DNA of 55,811 nt from Chitinophagaceae bacterium (GCA_036376375.1 DASVAM010000291.1:1-55811); one strand, 5' to 3'; shown: positions 1 through 10,715, counted from the first letter of the stretch. Translations and numbers: made by a program. The notes: generated from the letters alone by a model not told the origin.

Positions 1-1065
1 GCACTACATATAAAAGCTGATGTGATAATTATGGATGAGCCAACCTCTGCTATCAGCGATAAAGAGATTGATAATTTATTTTCTATCATAGCACAGTTAA
101 AGTCAGAAGGAAAAACGATTGCATATATATCGCATAAACTAAAAGAGTTATTTGCTCTTGCTGATAACTATGTAATATTAAGAGACGGACAAACAGTTGA
201 TTCCGGCGAAATGAAAAATGTATCACAGGATGAATTGATACAAAAAATGACAGGCCGTCAATTGGGTTTTGAAAAATCTGGCAAGACAATCAAAGATGCC
301 CCAGTACTATTATCTGTTAAAGATCTAAACCTTCGTCATCCATTGTTTAGGTTCAATAATATACTTGAGGATATTTCTTTTGATCTTCACAAAGGGGAAA
401 TATTGGGGGTGTATGGTTTAATGGGTGCGGGCAGAACAGAAATGCTGGAAACGATCTTTGGGCTCCATCCGAAGACTGGAAGCGGTACAATTCATATAAT
501 TAATAAGGAAGTAAAAATAAAATCACCGGCACAGGCAATTGATGCAGGAATAGCATTAGTACCCGAAGACAGGAAACTACATGGATTAATATTGAACCAA
601 ACCGTAAGATCAAACATCAGCATCACAGTTTTAAAACAATTGGAACGATGGGGGATATTATTAAGTAGCAGTAAAGAAAAGGAATTGTCTCAAAACTATA
701 TCAGGCAGCTCAATATTAAAACAGCATCAGATACTGCAGCGGCAAAAAGTCTCAGTGGAGGTAATCAGCAAAAAATTGTGTTAGCAAAATGGCTGGTAAC
801 CAAACCACAAATATTATTGTTAGATGAGCCCACCAGAGGAATTGATATTAATGCGAAGGCAGAAATATACAAGTTGATGAAATCGCTGGCAGCGCAGGGT
901 ATGGGAATAGTCATGGTGTCATCGGAGTTACCTGAGATATTAACGGTGTCTGACAGGGTATTGGTATTGTGTGAAGGACAACTCACCGCAAACATGGCTA
1001 TCGATGAAGCTACAGAAGCAGGAATATTAAAATATGCATTACACAAAAACGAAAATGCCGCATGA
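1..1065 (+). CDS. Sugar ABC transporter ATP-binding protein (ribose/xylose-type, two nucleotide-binding domains); 5' end cut by window edge
   Basis: Frame 1 is open from nt 1. Motifs: 'IIMDEPTSAISD' (Walker B of NBD1), 'GLMGAGRTE' (Walker A of NBD2), 'LSGGNQQK' (ABC signature), 'LLLDEPTRGID' (Walker B). ATGA stop/start overlap with the downstream permease. Confidence 0.85.
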   Translation, partial: ALHIKADVIIMDEPTSAISDKEIDNLFSIIAQLKSEGKTIAYISHKLKELFALADNYVILRDGQTVDSGEMKNVSQDELIQKMTGRQLGFEKSGKTIKDAPVLLSVKDLNLRHPLFRFNNILEDISFDLHKGEILGVYGLMGAGRTEMLETIFGLHPKTGSGTIHIINKEVKIKSPAQAIDAGIALVPEDRKLHGLILNQTVRSNISITVLKQLERWGILLSSSKEKELSQNYIRQLNIKTASDTAAAKSLSGGNQQKIVLAKWLVTKPQILLLDEPTRGIDINAKAEIYKLMKSLAAQGMGIVMVSSELPEILTVSDRVLVLCEGQLTANMAIDEATEAGILKYALHKNENAA

Positions 1066-2042
1066 GTCAAGCCATCAGCATCGCAGCTCCTAATATTAAA
1101 AAGTTTCAATCACTGATTGCGCTGTTTTTATTGTGTGTCATTCTCAGTATCCTTACCGATAAATTCTTTACAGCAGATAATGGACTGAATGTACTACGCC
1201 AGGTAGCCGTAAATATTTGTATCGCAACAGGTATGACGCTGGTTGTTCTTACTGCCGGAATTGATCTGTCAGTTGGTTCAGTGTTGGCCCTATGTGGCGC
1301 TGTTACTGCAGGATTCTTTAAATATGGTTTGCAGTTTCCTGGTGCAGATTTGTTTGTGGGCTTTACGATGCTCGGCGCTGTTCTTGCAGGGTTGTTGCTC
1401 GGAGCATTGTTAGGATGGTTCAATGGTTTCACTGTTACAAAATTTAATGTACCGCCTTTTGTGGCAACGTTAGCGATGCTCACCATTGCCAGAGGTTTTA
1501 CTATGCTCTACACAAAAGGTCATCCCATCAGCAATCTTGGTAGCAATTTTGCCTTCATTGGTTCCGACTCATTGTTGGGTATTCCCGTACCGGTGTGGCT
1601 TGCAATTATAGTTGTGCTCATCGCAGTGTTTATTACGCAAAAAACAAGGTTGGGCAGATACATCTATGCGATTGGTGGTAATGAGCAAGCTGCAAAACTT
1701 TCCGGAATTAATATCAGGAAGGTAAAATTGATCGTGTACGCAATCGCCGGTGCGTTGGCGGCATTGGGTGGTATCATTGTTACGGCACGACTTGATTCTG
1801 CACAACCCAATGCCGGCATGAGCTACGAACTCGATGCAATTGCGGCGGTTGTTATTGGCGGCACATCGCTGAGTGGGGGCAAGGGTAGCGTGTGGGGCAC
1901 GGTGATGGGTGCGATCATTATTGGCGTGTTGAACAATGGGTTGGTGTTGCTCAATGTTTCGCCGTTCTGGCAACAGGTGGTGAAGGGAGGAGTGATATTG
2001 CTGGCAGTAATTATTGATAAGATAGGAGAGAAAAAAGAATAG
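1062..2042 (+). CDS. Monosaccharide ABC transporter permease (RbsC/AraH-type)
   Basis: 326 aa, strongly hydrophobic with multiple TM segments. 'TRLGRYIYAIGGNEQAAKLSGI' loop and 'AAVVIGGTSLSGGKGS' are typical of ribose-type permeases. Translationally coupled to the ATPase. Confidence 0.85.
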   Translation: MSQAISIAAPNIKKFQSLIALFLLCVILSILTDKFFTADNGLNVLRQVAVNICIATGMTLVVLTAGIDLSVGSVLALCGAVTAGFFKYGLQFPGADLFVGFTMLGAVLAGLLLGALLGWFNGFTVTKFNVPPFVATLAMLTIARGFTMLYTKGHPISNLGSNFAFIGSDSLLGIPVPVWLAIIVVLIAVFITQKTRLGRYIYAIGGNEQAAKLSGINIRKVKLIVYAIAGALAALGGIIVTARLDSAQPNAGMSYELDAIAAVVIGGTSLSGGKGSVWGTVMGAIIIGVLNNGLVLLNVSPFWQQVVKGGVILLAVIIDKIGEKKE

Positions 2043-2088
2043 ATTCTTTTTGACTTACCTGGCCTCCAGAACCTAAGTAAAAATAGAA

Positions 2089-3588
2089 GTGATTAATAAG
2101 AAATACATATTAGCGATCGACCAGGGCACCAGCTCAACAAAGTCCTTGATCTTTGATGAGGCAGGTATTGCAATATGCAAAGGATCTGAACCATTGCAAA
2201 CATCTTATCTTACCAATGGTTTTGTTGAACAGGATCCGGAAGAGATCTATCAGAATGTTTTATTATCAGTAAAAAAATGTTTAGATCAATTCAAAGAAAA
2301 AGGGCTTAACAATAATGATATTGCTGCGATCGGAGTATCAAATCAGCGGGAAACATTTGTGGTGTGGGATAAAAGGGGCAAACCCCTGCACAATTCTGTG
2401 GTCTGGCAATGTAAGCGTTCCGTTCAAATATGCGACGGCCTAAAACAAAAAGGATTATCTGACACTGTAAGTGCAAGAACAGGCCTCGTCATTGACCCTT
2501 ATTTTTCAGCCACCAAGCTTATCTGGCTTTTTCAGAATAATAGCCAGGTGAAAGAAGCCATTCAGAACGACAATGCATTTTTCGGGACAATAGACACCTG
2601 GTTGTTGTATAAGTTCACCAACGGGAAAGAATACGCCACGGATTATACCAATGCCTCCAGGACATTATTCTTCAATTTGCACACGTTGAAATGGGATGAT
2701 GAGTTGATCGATATATTTGGTTTAACCGGTATTCATCTTCCGGAGCTAAAAGCATCTTCATCCTTTTTTGGTGAGACGACACTAAATAATGTTTTGCCCA
2801 AACCAATCCCTGTTACGGCATTGATCGGTGATTCACATGCCGCAGCATTCGGAGAAGGTTGTTTTGAGAAGGGAACAGCCAAAGCAACGCTCGGTACGGG
2901 CTGCAGCATTTTAATGAATATAGGCAGCAAGCCTGTTCGATCGGATATGGGAATGGTGACAACGATTTGCTGGAGCACCGAACAAAGAATTGACTTTGCA
3001 TTGGAAGGAGTAATTGTTTCCTGTGGTGCTACACTTGAATGGCTGAAGAATGAATTGAAATTATTTAGTGATAGTAAAGAAACTGAAGCAATGGCAAATG
3101 CCGTGGCTGATAATGGGAATGTTTATTTGGTTCCGGCTTTTAGCGGATTAGGCTCTCCGCATTGGCAAATGGAAAGAAAAGCTTCTATATCGGGAGTGAC
3201 TTTTGGTACTACCAGCGATCATATTGTAAGAGCAGCATTGGAATCCATTCCTTATCAGATTGCCGACATTATTTCTGCCATGGAAAAAGATGCAAGCCAG
3301 GAATTAAAAGAATTGATGGCAGATGGCGGTATTACTTCCAATGAATTTGTAATAAAGTTCCTGGCTGATCTGCTTAACAGGCCAGTCGTCACGATTGGTA
3401 TGCCTGATGTTTCAGCTTTAGGTGCAGCTTATCTTGCCGGATTGAAAATTGGAGTATATAAGAGTGTTAATGATTTAAAAGTTCTGAATATTGAAAGGAG
3501 AGTCTATCAGCCAACCAGTGCAAATGATGCGATAAGAAAAAACTACCAGGGTTGGCAGAAAGCCATTAAAAACGGAACTAGCAATTGA
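2089..3588 (+). CDS. FGGY-family carbohydrate kinase (glycerol-kinase-like fold; substrate not assignable)
   Basis: GTG start. 'YILAIDQGTSSTK' phosphate-1 motif, 'NQRETFVVWDK', 'GDSHAAAFG', 'ADGGITSN'. Differs from canonical GlpK around 'VVWQCKRS'. Confidence 0.8.
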   Translation: MINKKYILAIDQGTSSTKSLIFDEAGIAICKGSEPLQTSYLTNGFVEQDPEEIYQNVLLSVKKCLDQFKEKGLNNNDIAAIGVSNQRETFVVWDKRGKPLHNSVVWQCKRSVQICDGLKQKGLSDTVSARTGLVIDPYFSATKLIWLFQNNSQVKEAIQNDNAFFGTIDTWLLYKFTNGKEYATDYTNASRTLFFNLHTLKWDDELIDIFGLTGIHLPELKASSSFFGETTLNNVLPKPIPVTALIGDSHAAAFGEGCFEKGTAKATLGTGCSILMNIGSKPVRSDMGMVTTICWSTEQRIDFALEGVIVSCGATLEWLKNELKLFSDSKETEAMANAVADNGNVYLVPAFSGLGSPHWQMERKASISGVTFGTTSDHIVRAALESIPYQIADIISAMEKDASQELKELMADGGITSNEFVIKFLADLLNRPVVTIGMPDVSALGAAYLAGLKIGVYKSVNDLKVLNIERRVYQPTSANDAIRKNYQGWQKAIKNGTSN

Positions 3589-5123
3589 GAAAGGTCATAC
3601 ACATATTATTTGTTGTGCTGTGCACTGCTGAAAGTTTTTCACAGGCGAATAGCAAACCGGTTATCCTCAAAGCTGATAACTTCAAACATTATGTCGGCTA
3701 CTTCAATAAAATGGAAGATGAGAATATCAAACAAGCAATACCAAACGACAGCGCATGGGCATGGATGAAAAAGAATATACCACTGTTTGAATGTCCCCAG
3801 CAAAATTTTGAGGAAATGTTCTACTTCCGTTGGTGGACTTTAAGAAAACACATAAAAAAAACAGAACAGGGATATGTTTTCACCGAGTTTTTAGTACAGC
3901 GGAGCTATGCAGATAAATACAATCTTATCAGCAGCGCATTAGGACATCACATTTATGAAAGTCGCTGGTTACATGACAAAAAATATATGGACAATAATCT
4001 GCGCATTTGGTATAGAGGGAATAACGGAAAACCAATGACCAGGTTACGCTTTTACAGTGGATGGGATGCAGATGCTGTTTATAATCGGTACTTAGTTAAT
4101 AAGGATAAACAATTTGTTGTTGACTTGCTACCTGATTTGGAAGCCAACTATGCTGCATGGGAAATCGAAAAAAAAAGAGATGATGGCTTGTTTTGGCAAT
4201 ATGATGTCAGAGATGCTATGGAGGAGACTATTAGTGGTGGTCGAAGAGAAAAGAACCCGAGACCCAGCATCAATGGTTATATGTATGGAAATGCAAAGGC
4301 ATTAGAACGAATGAACATCATGACGGGCAACGGAAGAAAAGGTTTCTATTATAAACAAAAAGCTGACTCGATAAAGTTTCTGTTACAATCGAAACTCTGG
4401 AACAGCAACCATGATTTTTTTGAAGTAAGGAAGGAGCAAGGTGATACACTGGCGAATGTGAGAGAAGAAATTGGTTTTATTCCCTGGTATTTTAATATTC
4501 CTGACAGCACTTACAATATTACATGGAAATGGCTGATGGATAAGAAAACGTTTTGTGCACCTTTTGGCATAACTACTGCGGACAGAAGTCATCCTCAATT
4601 CCGTACACACGGCTGCTGCAATTGTGAGTGGGATGGTGCTGTGTGGCCTTTTGCCACTTCACAAACATTAACTGCAATGGCGAACCTGCTGAATAATTAT
4701 AAACAGAATTATGTAGCCGATAGCAATTATTTTGATTTGCTTGAAACTTATGTCGAATCGCAATACTACCGTGGTCGTCCTTATATTGGCGAGTATCTCG
4801 ATGAAAAGACAGGTTATTGGTTGAAGGGAGATGAAGAAAGAAGCCGGTATTATAATCATTCGACGTTCAACGACCTTATCATAACTGGTTTGGTAGGGTT
4901 ACGTCCCAGGGCAGATGATATAATTGAGGTGGATCCTTTGTTACCGGACAATAAGTGGGATTGGTTTTGTTTGGATAATATTTTATATCATGGAAAAATT
5001 GTAACGATCATTTGGGATAAAACCGGATTGAAATATAAAAAAGGCAAAGGACTGCAGGTTTTTGTGAATGGAAAGAAAGTGGCTTCGTCAATGGAATTAA
5101 CAAAAGTGAAGGGTAAATTATGA
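3585..5123 (+). CDS. Secreted (alpha/alpha)6-barrel glycoside hydrolase-like protein (GH63/GH37 'MGH1-like' type); family uncertain
   Basis: TTG start overlapping the upstream stop. Signal peptide 'MRKVIHILFVVLCTAESFSQA'. 'FYFRWWTLRKH' and 'EWDGAVWPFATSQT' resemble six-hairpin glycosidases. No search was run. Confidence 0.5.
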   Translation: MRKVIHILFVVLCTAESFSQANSKPVILKADNFKHYVGYFNKMEDENIKQAIPNDSAWAWMKKNIPLFECPQQNFEEMFYFRWWTLRKHIKKTEQGYVFTEFLVQRSYADKYNLISSALGHHIYESRWLHDKKYMDNNLRIWYRGNNGKPMTRLRFYSGWDADAVYNRYLVNKDKQFVVDLLPDLEANYAAWEIEKKRDDGLFWQYDVRDAMEETISGGRREKNPRPSINGYMYGNAKALERMNIMTGNGRKGFYYKQKADSIKFLLQSKLWNSNHDFFEVRKEQGDTLANVREEIGFIPWYFNIPDSTYNITWKWLMDKKTFCAPFGITTADRSHPQFRTHGCCNCEWDGAVWPFATSQTLTAMANLLNNYKQNYVADSNYFDLLETYVESQYYRGRPYIGEYLDEKTGYWLKGDEERSRYYNHSTFNDLIITGLVGLRPRADDIIEVDPLLPDNKWDWFCLDNILYHGKIVTIIWDKTGLKYKKGKGLQVFVNGKKVASSMELTKVKGKL

Positions 5124-7933
5124 TTTGGAATACAAAGAACACAAAGTATTACATGAAGGACACGACGTTGTGTGCTTTGTGGTTCTTTGTGTCCTTCGTG
5201 TTCCTTATTCCGGGAAGAATGTTCTCACAACAAACGGAAAAAGTCTATCTCTCAGGTACAGGAAGCGACAATACCAAGCATTGGGAATTCATGTGTACCG
5301 GAGGAATGAATGCCAATAAATGGACAACCATTTCAGTTCCTTCATGCTGGGAGTTGGAGGGTTTTGGAAAATATGATTATGGTTTTGCAAAAGATAGTGT
5401 AAGGGGAAAGGAGAAAGGCTTATATAAATATTCCTTCAACGCTCCTCAAAAATGGAAAGGCAAGGTGATCAATATAGTCTTTGAAGGTGTGATGACAGAT
5501 GCTGAAGTAAAGATCAATGGACAATCGGCAGGAGAGGTTCACCAGGGAGCTTTTTATGCATTTAAGTATGATATAACTAAGTTGTTGAAATATGGTGAAC
5601 AGAATTTGTTGGAAGTAACGGCAGCCAAGCATTCGGCGAATGAAAGTGTAAACAATGCCGAGCGCAGAGCAGACTTTTGGATCTTCGGCGGGATATTCAG
5701 ACCTGTATGGCTGGAAATTTTGCCGGTAGTACACATCCAGGGAGTTTCTATCGATGCAAAAGCAGATGGTTCTTTTAATGCAATTATTTCAACTGTCGGT
5801 ACTCCGCAGTCCGTATCACTTCAACTTTATAGCCCAACCGGTGCAGTATTTGGTAAGCCTGTAACTGTTAACTGGGGAGAATCACCAAACGGTGCCATGA
5901 TAAAAACCAGGTTCTCTTCGCAGAAACTATGGACGTCTGAGACACCGAACATATATAAAGCTGTTTTTACCATTTATAGAAATGGCAAAATTTTACATAT
6001 CATAAGCCAAAAATTCGGCTTCAGGACCGTAGAATTAAAACAACGTGACGGGATCTATGTAAATGGAGTAAAAATGAAATTCAAAGGTGTCAATCGTCAT
6101 TCATTTCGACCTGAAACGGGAAGGGCAATGAATAAACAAAACAGTATTGAAGATGTGCTGCTGATGAAGGACATGAATATGAATGCAGTTCGCATGTCAC
6201 ATTACCCACCTGATGATCATTTTTTAGATGTGTGTGATTCACTCGGATTGTTTGTGATGGACGAATTAGCTGGCTGGCACGGCCATTATGATACACCAAC
6301 AGGAACCAAATTGCTGCAAGAAATGATGGCTCATGATGTTAATCATCCTTCGGTCATCTTGTGGGCAAATGGAAATGAAGGCGGACATAATTTTGAATTG
6401 GATAGTTTGTTTACACAATACGATATTCAACAACGACCTGTTATTCATCCCTGGCAATTGTTTAATGGGGTCGAAACGCAACATTACCGTGAATATAATT
6501 ATGGTATTGGCAACTATGAATATGGAAAGGAGATCTTAATGCCTACAGAATTTTTACATGGACAATTTGATGGCGGCCATGGTGCCGGTTTAGAGGATTA
6601 TTGGGAAAAGATGTGGCATAATCCTTTAAGCGCCGGTGGCTTTCTCTGGGACTTTGCAGATAATGCGGTTGTCAGAAAAGATCTGCAAGATTCATTAGAT
6701 ACCGATAAGCACCGGGCTGCAGATGGAATTCTTGGTCCGCATCTTGAAAAAGAAGGAAGCTATTACGCCATTAAGGAGATTTGGAGCCCTGTTTATTTTG
6801 AAAGAAGAGAAATTACAACCGCATTTGATGGTAAACTAAATATTGAAAACCGCTATCATTTTACGAATCTCAATCAATGCGATTTCAGTTATAGATTGGC
6901 TATTTCAACAGTAGGTGATCGCGACAAAAAAGGAATGATCATTGCCCCGGACATTAAACCCGGAAGCAAAGGAGTGTTGAAGATCAATTTGCCAAAAGAC
7001 TGGAAGGATTATTATGTTTTATATATAACAATAAAAGATAAAGCAGGCAGGGAGATACTTACAAAAAGCTTTCCTATCATTCCTCCTGATTACTTTGAAC
7101 CGATGCTAATCGGTGATGAAGATAAAGACGCCGTAGTTCTTTCACAAACAGACAGTTTGTTCATTGTTAATGCAAATGGAATTCAGACCTCTTTTCATAA
7201 AAGGACAGGTTTTTTAACGGAGGTAAAAACGGCAATGGGAATTATACCTTTTAGCAACGGCCCGGTAATACAGGAAGGAGAAAATAATTTTAGTCCTTTT
7301 ACTGCACGACAGGATGGGGCAAATATTGTCATCAGCTCGGTATATGATAAAAAGGAACATTGCAACACATTGGAATGGACCATTTATTCTAATGGCGTTG
7401 TGCGTATGCAGGTCAGCTATTTCCCGGCTGCTTATTTTACTTCTTTTGTCGGTGTCAATTTCTCCTATCCCGAAAAGAGGATAAAAGAAATAACCTATAT
7501 GGGAGCGGGTCCTTATCGTGTCTGGAAGAACAGAATGAAAGGCACTCAGTTTGGAAAATGGACAAAAAAATATAATAACACGGAAACAGGGGAATCGCCA
7601 TGGGTTTATCCTGAGTTCAAAGGCTATTATTCAAATTTATATCGGTGTGAGTTCAAAGGAGACGACCATTCATTCACAGTCACTGCTACAAGTGAAAATG
7701 TTTTTCTCCGTTTGTTTACTCCAGCATGGAAAACCGACCAATGGCATAATTATGAGCCTATATTCCCGTCCGGTGATATTTCGTTTATGAATGGCATCAG
7801 CAGTATTGGTACAAAGACGCAACGAAACGAAACAACCGGACCCATGGGCCTGAAAAATATTTTTTATGACTATGAAAAAGATCCATCGAGAGCTTTGAAT
7901 ATGGTTTTATATTTTGATTTTACCGGAAAATAA
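5120..7933 (+). CDS. Glycoside hydrolase family 2 (secreted)
   Basis: 937 aa. GH2 sugar-binding N-terminus ('WELEGFGKYDYG'), 'KGVNRHSFRPETGRA', 'NAVRMSHYPP' and acid/base region 'ILWANGNEGGHN'. ATGA overlap with the upstream gene. An alternative ATG at 5153 gives 'MKDTTLCALWFFVSFVFL...SQQ'. Confidence 0.8.
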   Translation: MIWNTKNTKYYMKDTTLCALWFFVSFVFLIPGRMFSQQTEKVYLSGTGSDNTKHWEFMCTGGMNANKWTTISVPSCWELEGFGKYDYGFAKDSVRGKEKGLYKYSFNAPQKWKGKVINIVFEGVMTDAEVKINGQSAGEVHQGAFYAFKYDITKLLKYGEQNLLEVTAAKHSANESVNNAERRADFWIFGGIFRPVWLEILPVVHIQGVSIDAKADGSFNAIISTVGTPQSVSLQLYSPTGAVFGKPVTVNWGESPNGAMIKTRFSSQKLWTSETPNIYKAVFTIYRNGKILHIISQKFGFRTVELKQRDGIYVNGVKMKFKGVNRHSFRPETGRAMNKQNSIEDVLLMKDMNMNAVRMSHYPPDDHFLDVCDSLGLFVMDELAGWHGHYDTPTGTKLLQEMMAHDVNHPSVILWANGNEGGHNFELDSLFTQYDIQQRPVIHPWQLFNGVETQHYREYNYGIGNYEYGKEILMPTEFLHGQFDGGHGAGLEDYWEKMWHNPLSAGGFLWDFADNAVVRKDLQDSLDTDKHRAADGILGPHLEKEGSYYAIKEIWSPVYFERREITTAFDGKLNIENRYHFTNLNQCDFSYRLAISTVGDRDKKGMIIAPDIKPGSKGVLKINLPKDWKDYYVLYITIKDKAGREILTKSFPIIPPDYFEPMLIGDEDKDAVVLSQTDSLFIVNANGIQTSFHKRTGFLTEVKTAMGIIPFSNGPVIQEGENNFSPFTARQDGANIVISSVYDKKEHCNTLEWTIYSNGVVRMQVSYFPAAYFTSFVGVNFSYPEKRIKEITYMGAGPYRVWKNRMKGTQFGKWTKKYNNTETGESPWVYPEFKGYYSNLYRCEFKGDDHSFTVTATSENVFLRLFTPAWKTDQWHNYEPIFPSGDISFMNGISSIGTKTQRNETTGPMGLKNIFYDYEKDPSRALNMVLYFDFTGK
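5127..5204. repeat. Imperfect palindrome of the 'acaaag / cttcgtg' repeat family, spanning the GH2 start region
   Basis: Left arm 'ggaatacaaagaacacaaag...gaaggacacgacg' against right arm 'ctttgtggttctttgtgtccttcgtgttcc' (complementary units). Related copies at 21304-21360, 28719-28745, 29903-29938, 40821-40870 and 44389-44460. Confidence 0.6.
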
Positions 7934-7934
7934 A

Positions 7935-10709
7935 ATGATGAAGAGAAGACAATCAATATTGATTTTAATTCTGCTGATCTCAAAGTTGATTCCAGCGCAA
8001 GTGAATATCGGCAGCCTACGCTGTGAAATGCTCGTGAACCCACTGGGCATTGATATAAGAGAACCACGGCTTAGCTGGCAATTAAATTCTTCCGTAAGAA
8101 ATGTCCAGCAAATAGCTTATGAGATCATTGTTGCATCAAGCAAAGAGAAATTATCAAACGACGAAGCTGATGTATGGAATTCGGGCAAGATCAACAGTTC
8201 GCAGACTGTGCATATAAAATATGCTGGCAAAGAACTCCAAAGCGGAAAGGCATATTTCTGGCAAGTGAGATCATTCACCAACAAAGGCGAAACTGCATGG
8301 AGTGAGCCTGCATTATGGTCGATGGGATTATTAAATCAGAATGACTGGAAGGCCAAATGGGTAGGCTATGATAAAGCATCGCCATGGGATAGCATTACAC
8401 AATGGTCAAGGTTAAGTGCCAGGTATCTGAGAAAAGAGTTTCAGAGTGCACCAACAGTTAACAGAGCAACAGTTTATATCTCGGGGCTTGGTTTATATGA
8501 GCTATATATAAATGGAAAAAAGATCGGTGACCAGGTATTGGCGCCAAATCCAACTGACTACCGTAAATCTTTTTTATATAATACGCATGATGTAACCGCG
8601 CAAATAAAAAATGGCAACAATGCGATCGCAACAGTCTTGGGTAATGGTCGCTTTTTTACGATGCGACAAAATTATAAACCGCAAAAGCATAACACATTTG
8701 GTTATCCAAAACTGTTACTTCAATTGGAGATCGAATACGCTGATGGTACTAAGAAAATAATTGTGAGTGATGATAGCTGGAAGTTGAGTGTTGATGGCCC
8801 TATAAGAACAAACAATGAATATGACGGTGAAGAGTATGATGCCAACAAAGAATTTCCGGGGTGGGATAATGCAGGATTCAACGATAGCAAATGGATAAAA
8901 CCTGACATAGTATCTCCGCCTCCGGGGAAAATCGTTGCACAGATGAGTGAATCGATGAAAGAAATGCAGTCAATCAAACCAGTTTCAATCAAACCTGTTA
9001 GCAACGGCAAGTACATTCTCGATATGGGACAAAACTTTGCTGGTTGGTTGCAAATAAAAGTACAAGGCAAAAAAGGGCAGAAAGTACAATTGCGTTTTGC
9101 AGAGAGTCTGAAACCTGATGGTGAAATATTTACGGCAAATCTTCGTGATGCAAAGGTGACAGATATATATACGTTAAAAGGAACAGGCATGGAGACATGG
9201 CAACCTTTATTTGTTTATCATGGTTTCCGTTATGTTGAAGTAACCGGGTTTCCGGGAACACCCGCTATCGACAACTTCGAAGGCAAACTTATTTATGATG
9301 CTTTTGAAACGACGGGTTCATTTACCACCTCCAATTCAGTCATTAACGGCATCTATAAAAATGCATGGTGGGGGATCGCATCTAATTATAAAGGCATGCC
9401 AGTTGATTGTCCGCAACGAAATGAACGGCAGCCATGGCTCGGTGACAGGGTAATTGGTGCGATGGGTGAAAGCTATCTTTTTGACAATGCAAAGCTTTAT
9501 GCGAAATGGATGCAGGATATTGAAGAATCACAGACAGAAGAAGGCGCCATACCTGACGTAGCTCCGGCATTCTGGAATTATTATTCAGATGATGTGACAT
9601 GGCCTGCTGCCTTTATTACGATCTCTAATCATTTATACAACCAGTTTGGTGATATTACACCGGTCCAAAAACATTATCCCGCGATGAAGAAATGGATGGA
9701 GTACATGAAGAGCCGGTACATGAAGAATTATATTGTCACCCGTGACAAATATGGTGATTGGTGCATGCCGCCTGAAAGCCCCACATTGATTCATGCAAAA
9801 GATCCTGCAAGACTTACTGATGGGAAACTGATCGCAACGGCATACTATTATAAGATGCTTTCATATATGCACCGTTTTGCGGGACTGCTGAACAAAAAAG
9901 AAGATGCCGTGTCGTTTGGGTTACTAATGGACAACATCAAAACGGCTTTCAATAAGACATTCTACAACGAACACACGAAATATTATTCTAATAATACTGT
10001 AACAGCCAACCTGCTGCCCTTATATTTTGGAATCGTCCCTGATTCTTTAAAACATTCTCTTTTTGAAAAGATCAGGGAAAAGATTGTTGTGGAGAATCGC
10101 GGACATACAAGCACGGGCTTGATAGGCAGTCAATGGGTGATGCGGACATTGAGTGATTATGGGAATACGGACCTGGCTTATCAATTGACCACAAATACAA
10201 CCTATCCGAGCTGGGGTTATATGGTTGCCAATGGAGCAACTACGATCTGGGAATTGTGGAATGGAAATACAGCAGACCCCGGCATGAACAGTCAAAATCA
10301 TGTGATGTTGCTGGGTGATCTGCTGACCTGGTATTATGAGAACCTTGCAGGCATTCGCAGTGATAAAACAGATGTGGCATTTAAGAAGATCATCATGAAA
10401 CCAAACCTTCCGGCAGGTCTTGATTTTGTCAATGCTTCCTATAATAGCATGCATGGTCTGATCAAAAGTCATTGGACCAAAAACATTTCTCAACTTGAAT
10501 GGAACGTTTTGGTCCCAGCAAATACTTCAGCGGTCATTCATATTCCTGCAGGATCATTAAATGACCTGGAGGAATCTGGAATGGAAATTTCTAAAGCGGA
10601 GGGCGTTCAATCAGTAAAATTTGTCGAAAAGGACTCCTATGGAGAAAATGGAGTAGCGATTGTGACGGTTGGTAGTGGTGAATACAAATTTGTTTCAAAG
10701 TCAAAATAG
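7935..10709 (+). CDS. Alpha-L-rhamnosidase, GH78 (secreted)
   Basis: ATG at 7935 follows the upstream stop (7931-7933). Signal peptide 'MMKRRQSILILILLISKLIPAQ'. 'LRCEMLVNPLGID...PRLSW' N-domain, 'VDCPQRNERQPWLGD' catalytic-domain motif, 'TIWELWNG'. Confidence 0.85.
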   Translation: MMKRRQSILILILLISKLIPAQVNIGSLRCEMLVNPLGIDIREPRLSWQLNSSVRNVQQIAYEIIVASSKEKLSNDEADVWNSGKINSSQTVHIKYAGKELQSGKAYFWQVRSFTNKGETAWSEPALWSMGLLNQNDWKAKWVGYDKASPWDSITQWSRLSARYLRKEFQSAPTVNRATVYISGLGLYELYINGKKIGDQVLAPNPTDYRKSFLYNTHDVTAQIKNGNNAIATVLGNGRFFTMRQNYKPQKHNTFGYPKLLLQLEIEYADGTKKIIVSDDSWKLSVDGPIRTNNEYDGEEYDANKEFPGWDNAGFNDSKWIKPDIVSPPPGKIVAQMSESMKEMQSIKPVSIKPVSNGKYILDMGQNFAGWLQIKVQGKKGQKVQLRFAESLKPDGEIFTANLRDAKVTDIYTLKGTGMETWQPLFVYHGFRYVEVTGFPGTPAIDNFEGKLIYDAFETTGSFTTSNSVINGIYKNAWWGIASNYKGMPVDCPQRNERQPWLGDRVIGAMGESYLFDNAKLYAKWMQDIEESQTEEGAIPDVAPAFWNYYSDDVTWPAAFITISNHLYNQFGDITPVQKHYPAMKKWMEYMKSRYMKNYIVTRDKYGDWCMPPESPTLIHAKDPARLTDGKLIATAYYYKMLSYMHRFAGLLNKKEDAVSFGLLMDNIKTAFNKTFYNEHTKYYSNNTVTANLLPLYFGIVPDSLKHSLFEKIREKIVVENRGHTSTGLIGSQWVMRTLSDYGNTDLAYQLTTNTTYPSWGYMVANGATTIWELWNGNTADPGMNSQNHVMLLGDLLTWYYENLAGIRSDKTDVAFKKIIMKPNLPAGLDFVNASYNSMHGLIKSHWTKNISQLEWNVLVPANTSAVIHIPAGSLNDLEESGMEISKAEGVQSVKFVEKDSYGENGVAIVTVGSGEYKFVSKSK

Positions 10710-10715
10710 TGTGGT

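Noticed and set aside
2089-3588. Calling the FGGY kinase glycerol kinase (glpK)
   Set aside because: The overall motifs are GlpK-like, but the context (ABC sugar importer, glycosidases) and deviations in conserved segments make a specific glpK assignment unsafe.
8720-9190. Long antisense ORFs in the track (for example 8720-9190, 26277-26816, 45022-45480, 10047-10493, 25638-25988, 39090-39446, all opposite to called genes)
   Set aside because: They lie entirely within strongly supported genes on the other strand, have no recognisable motifs and have odd composition. They are shadow ORFs.
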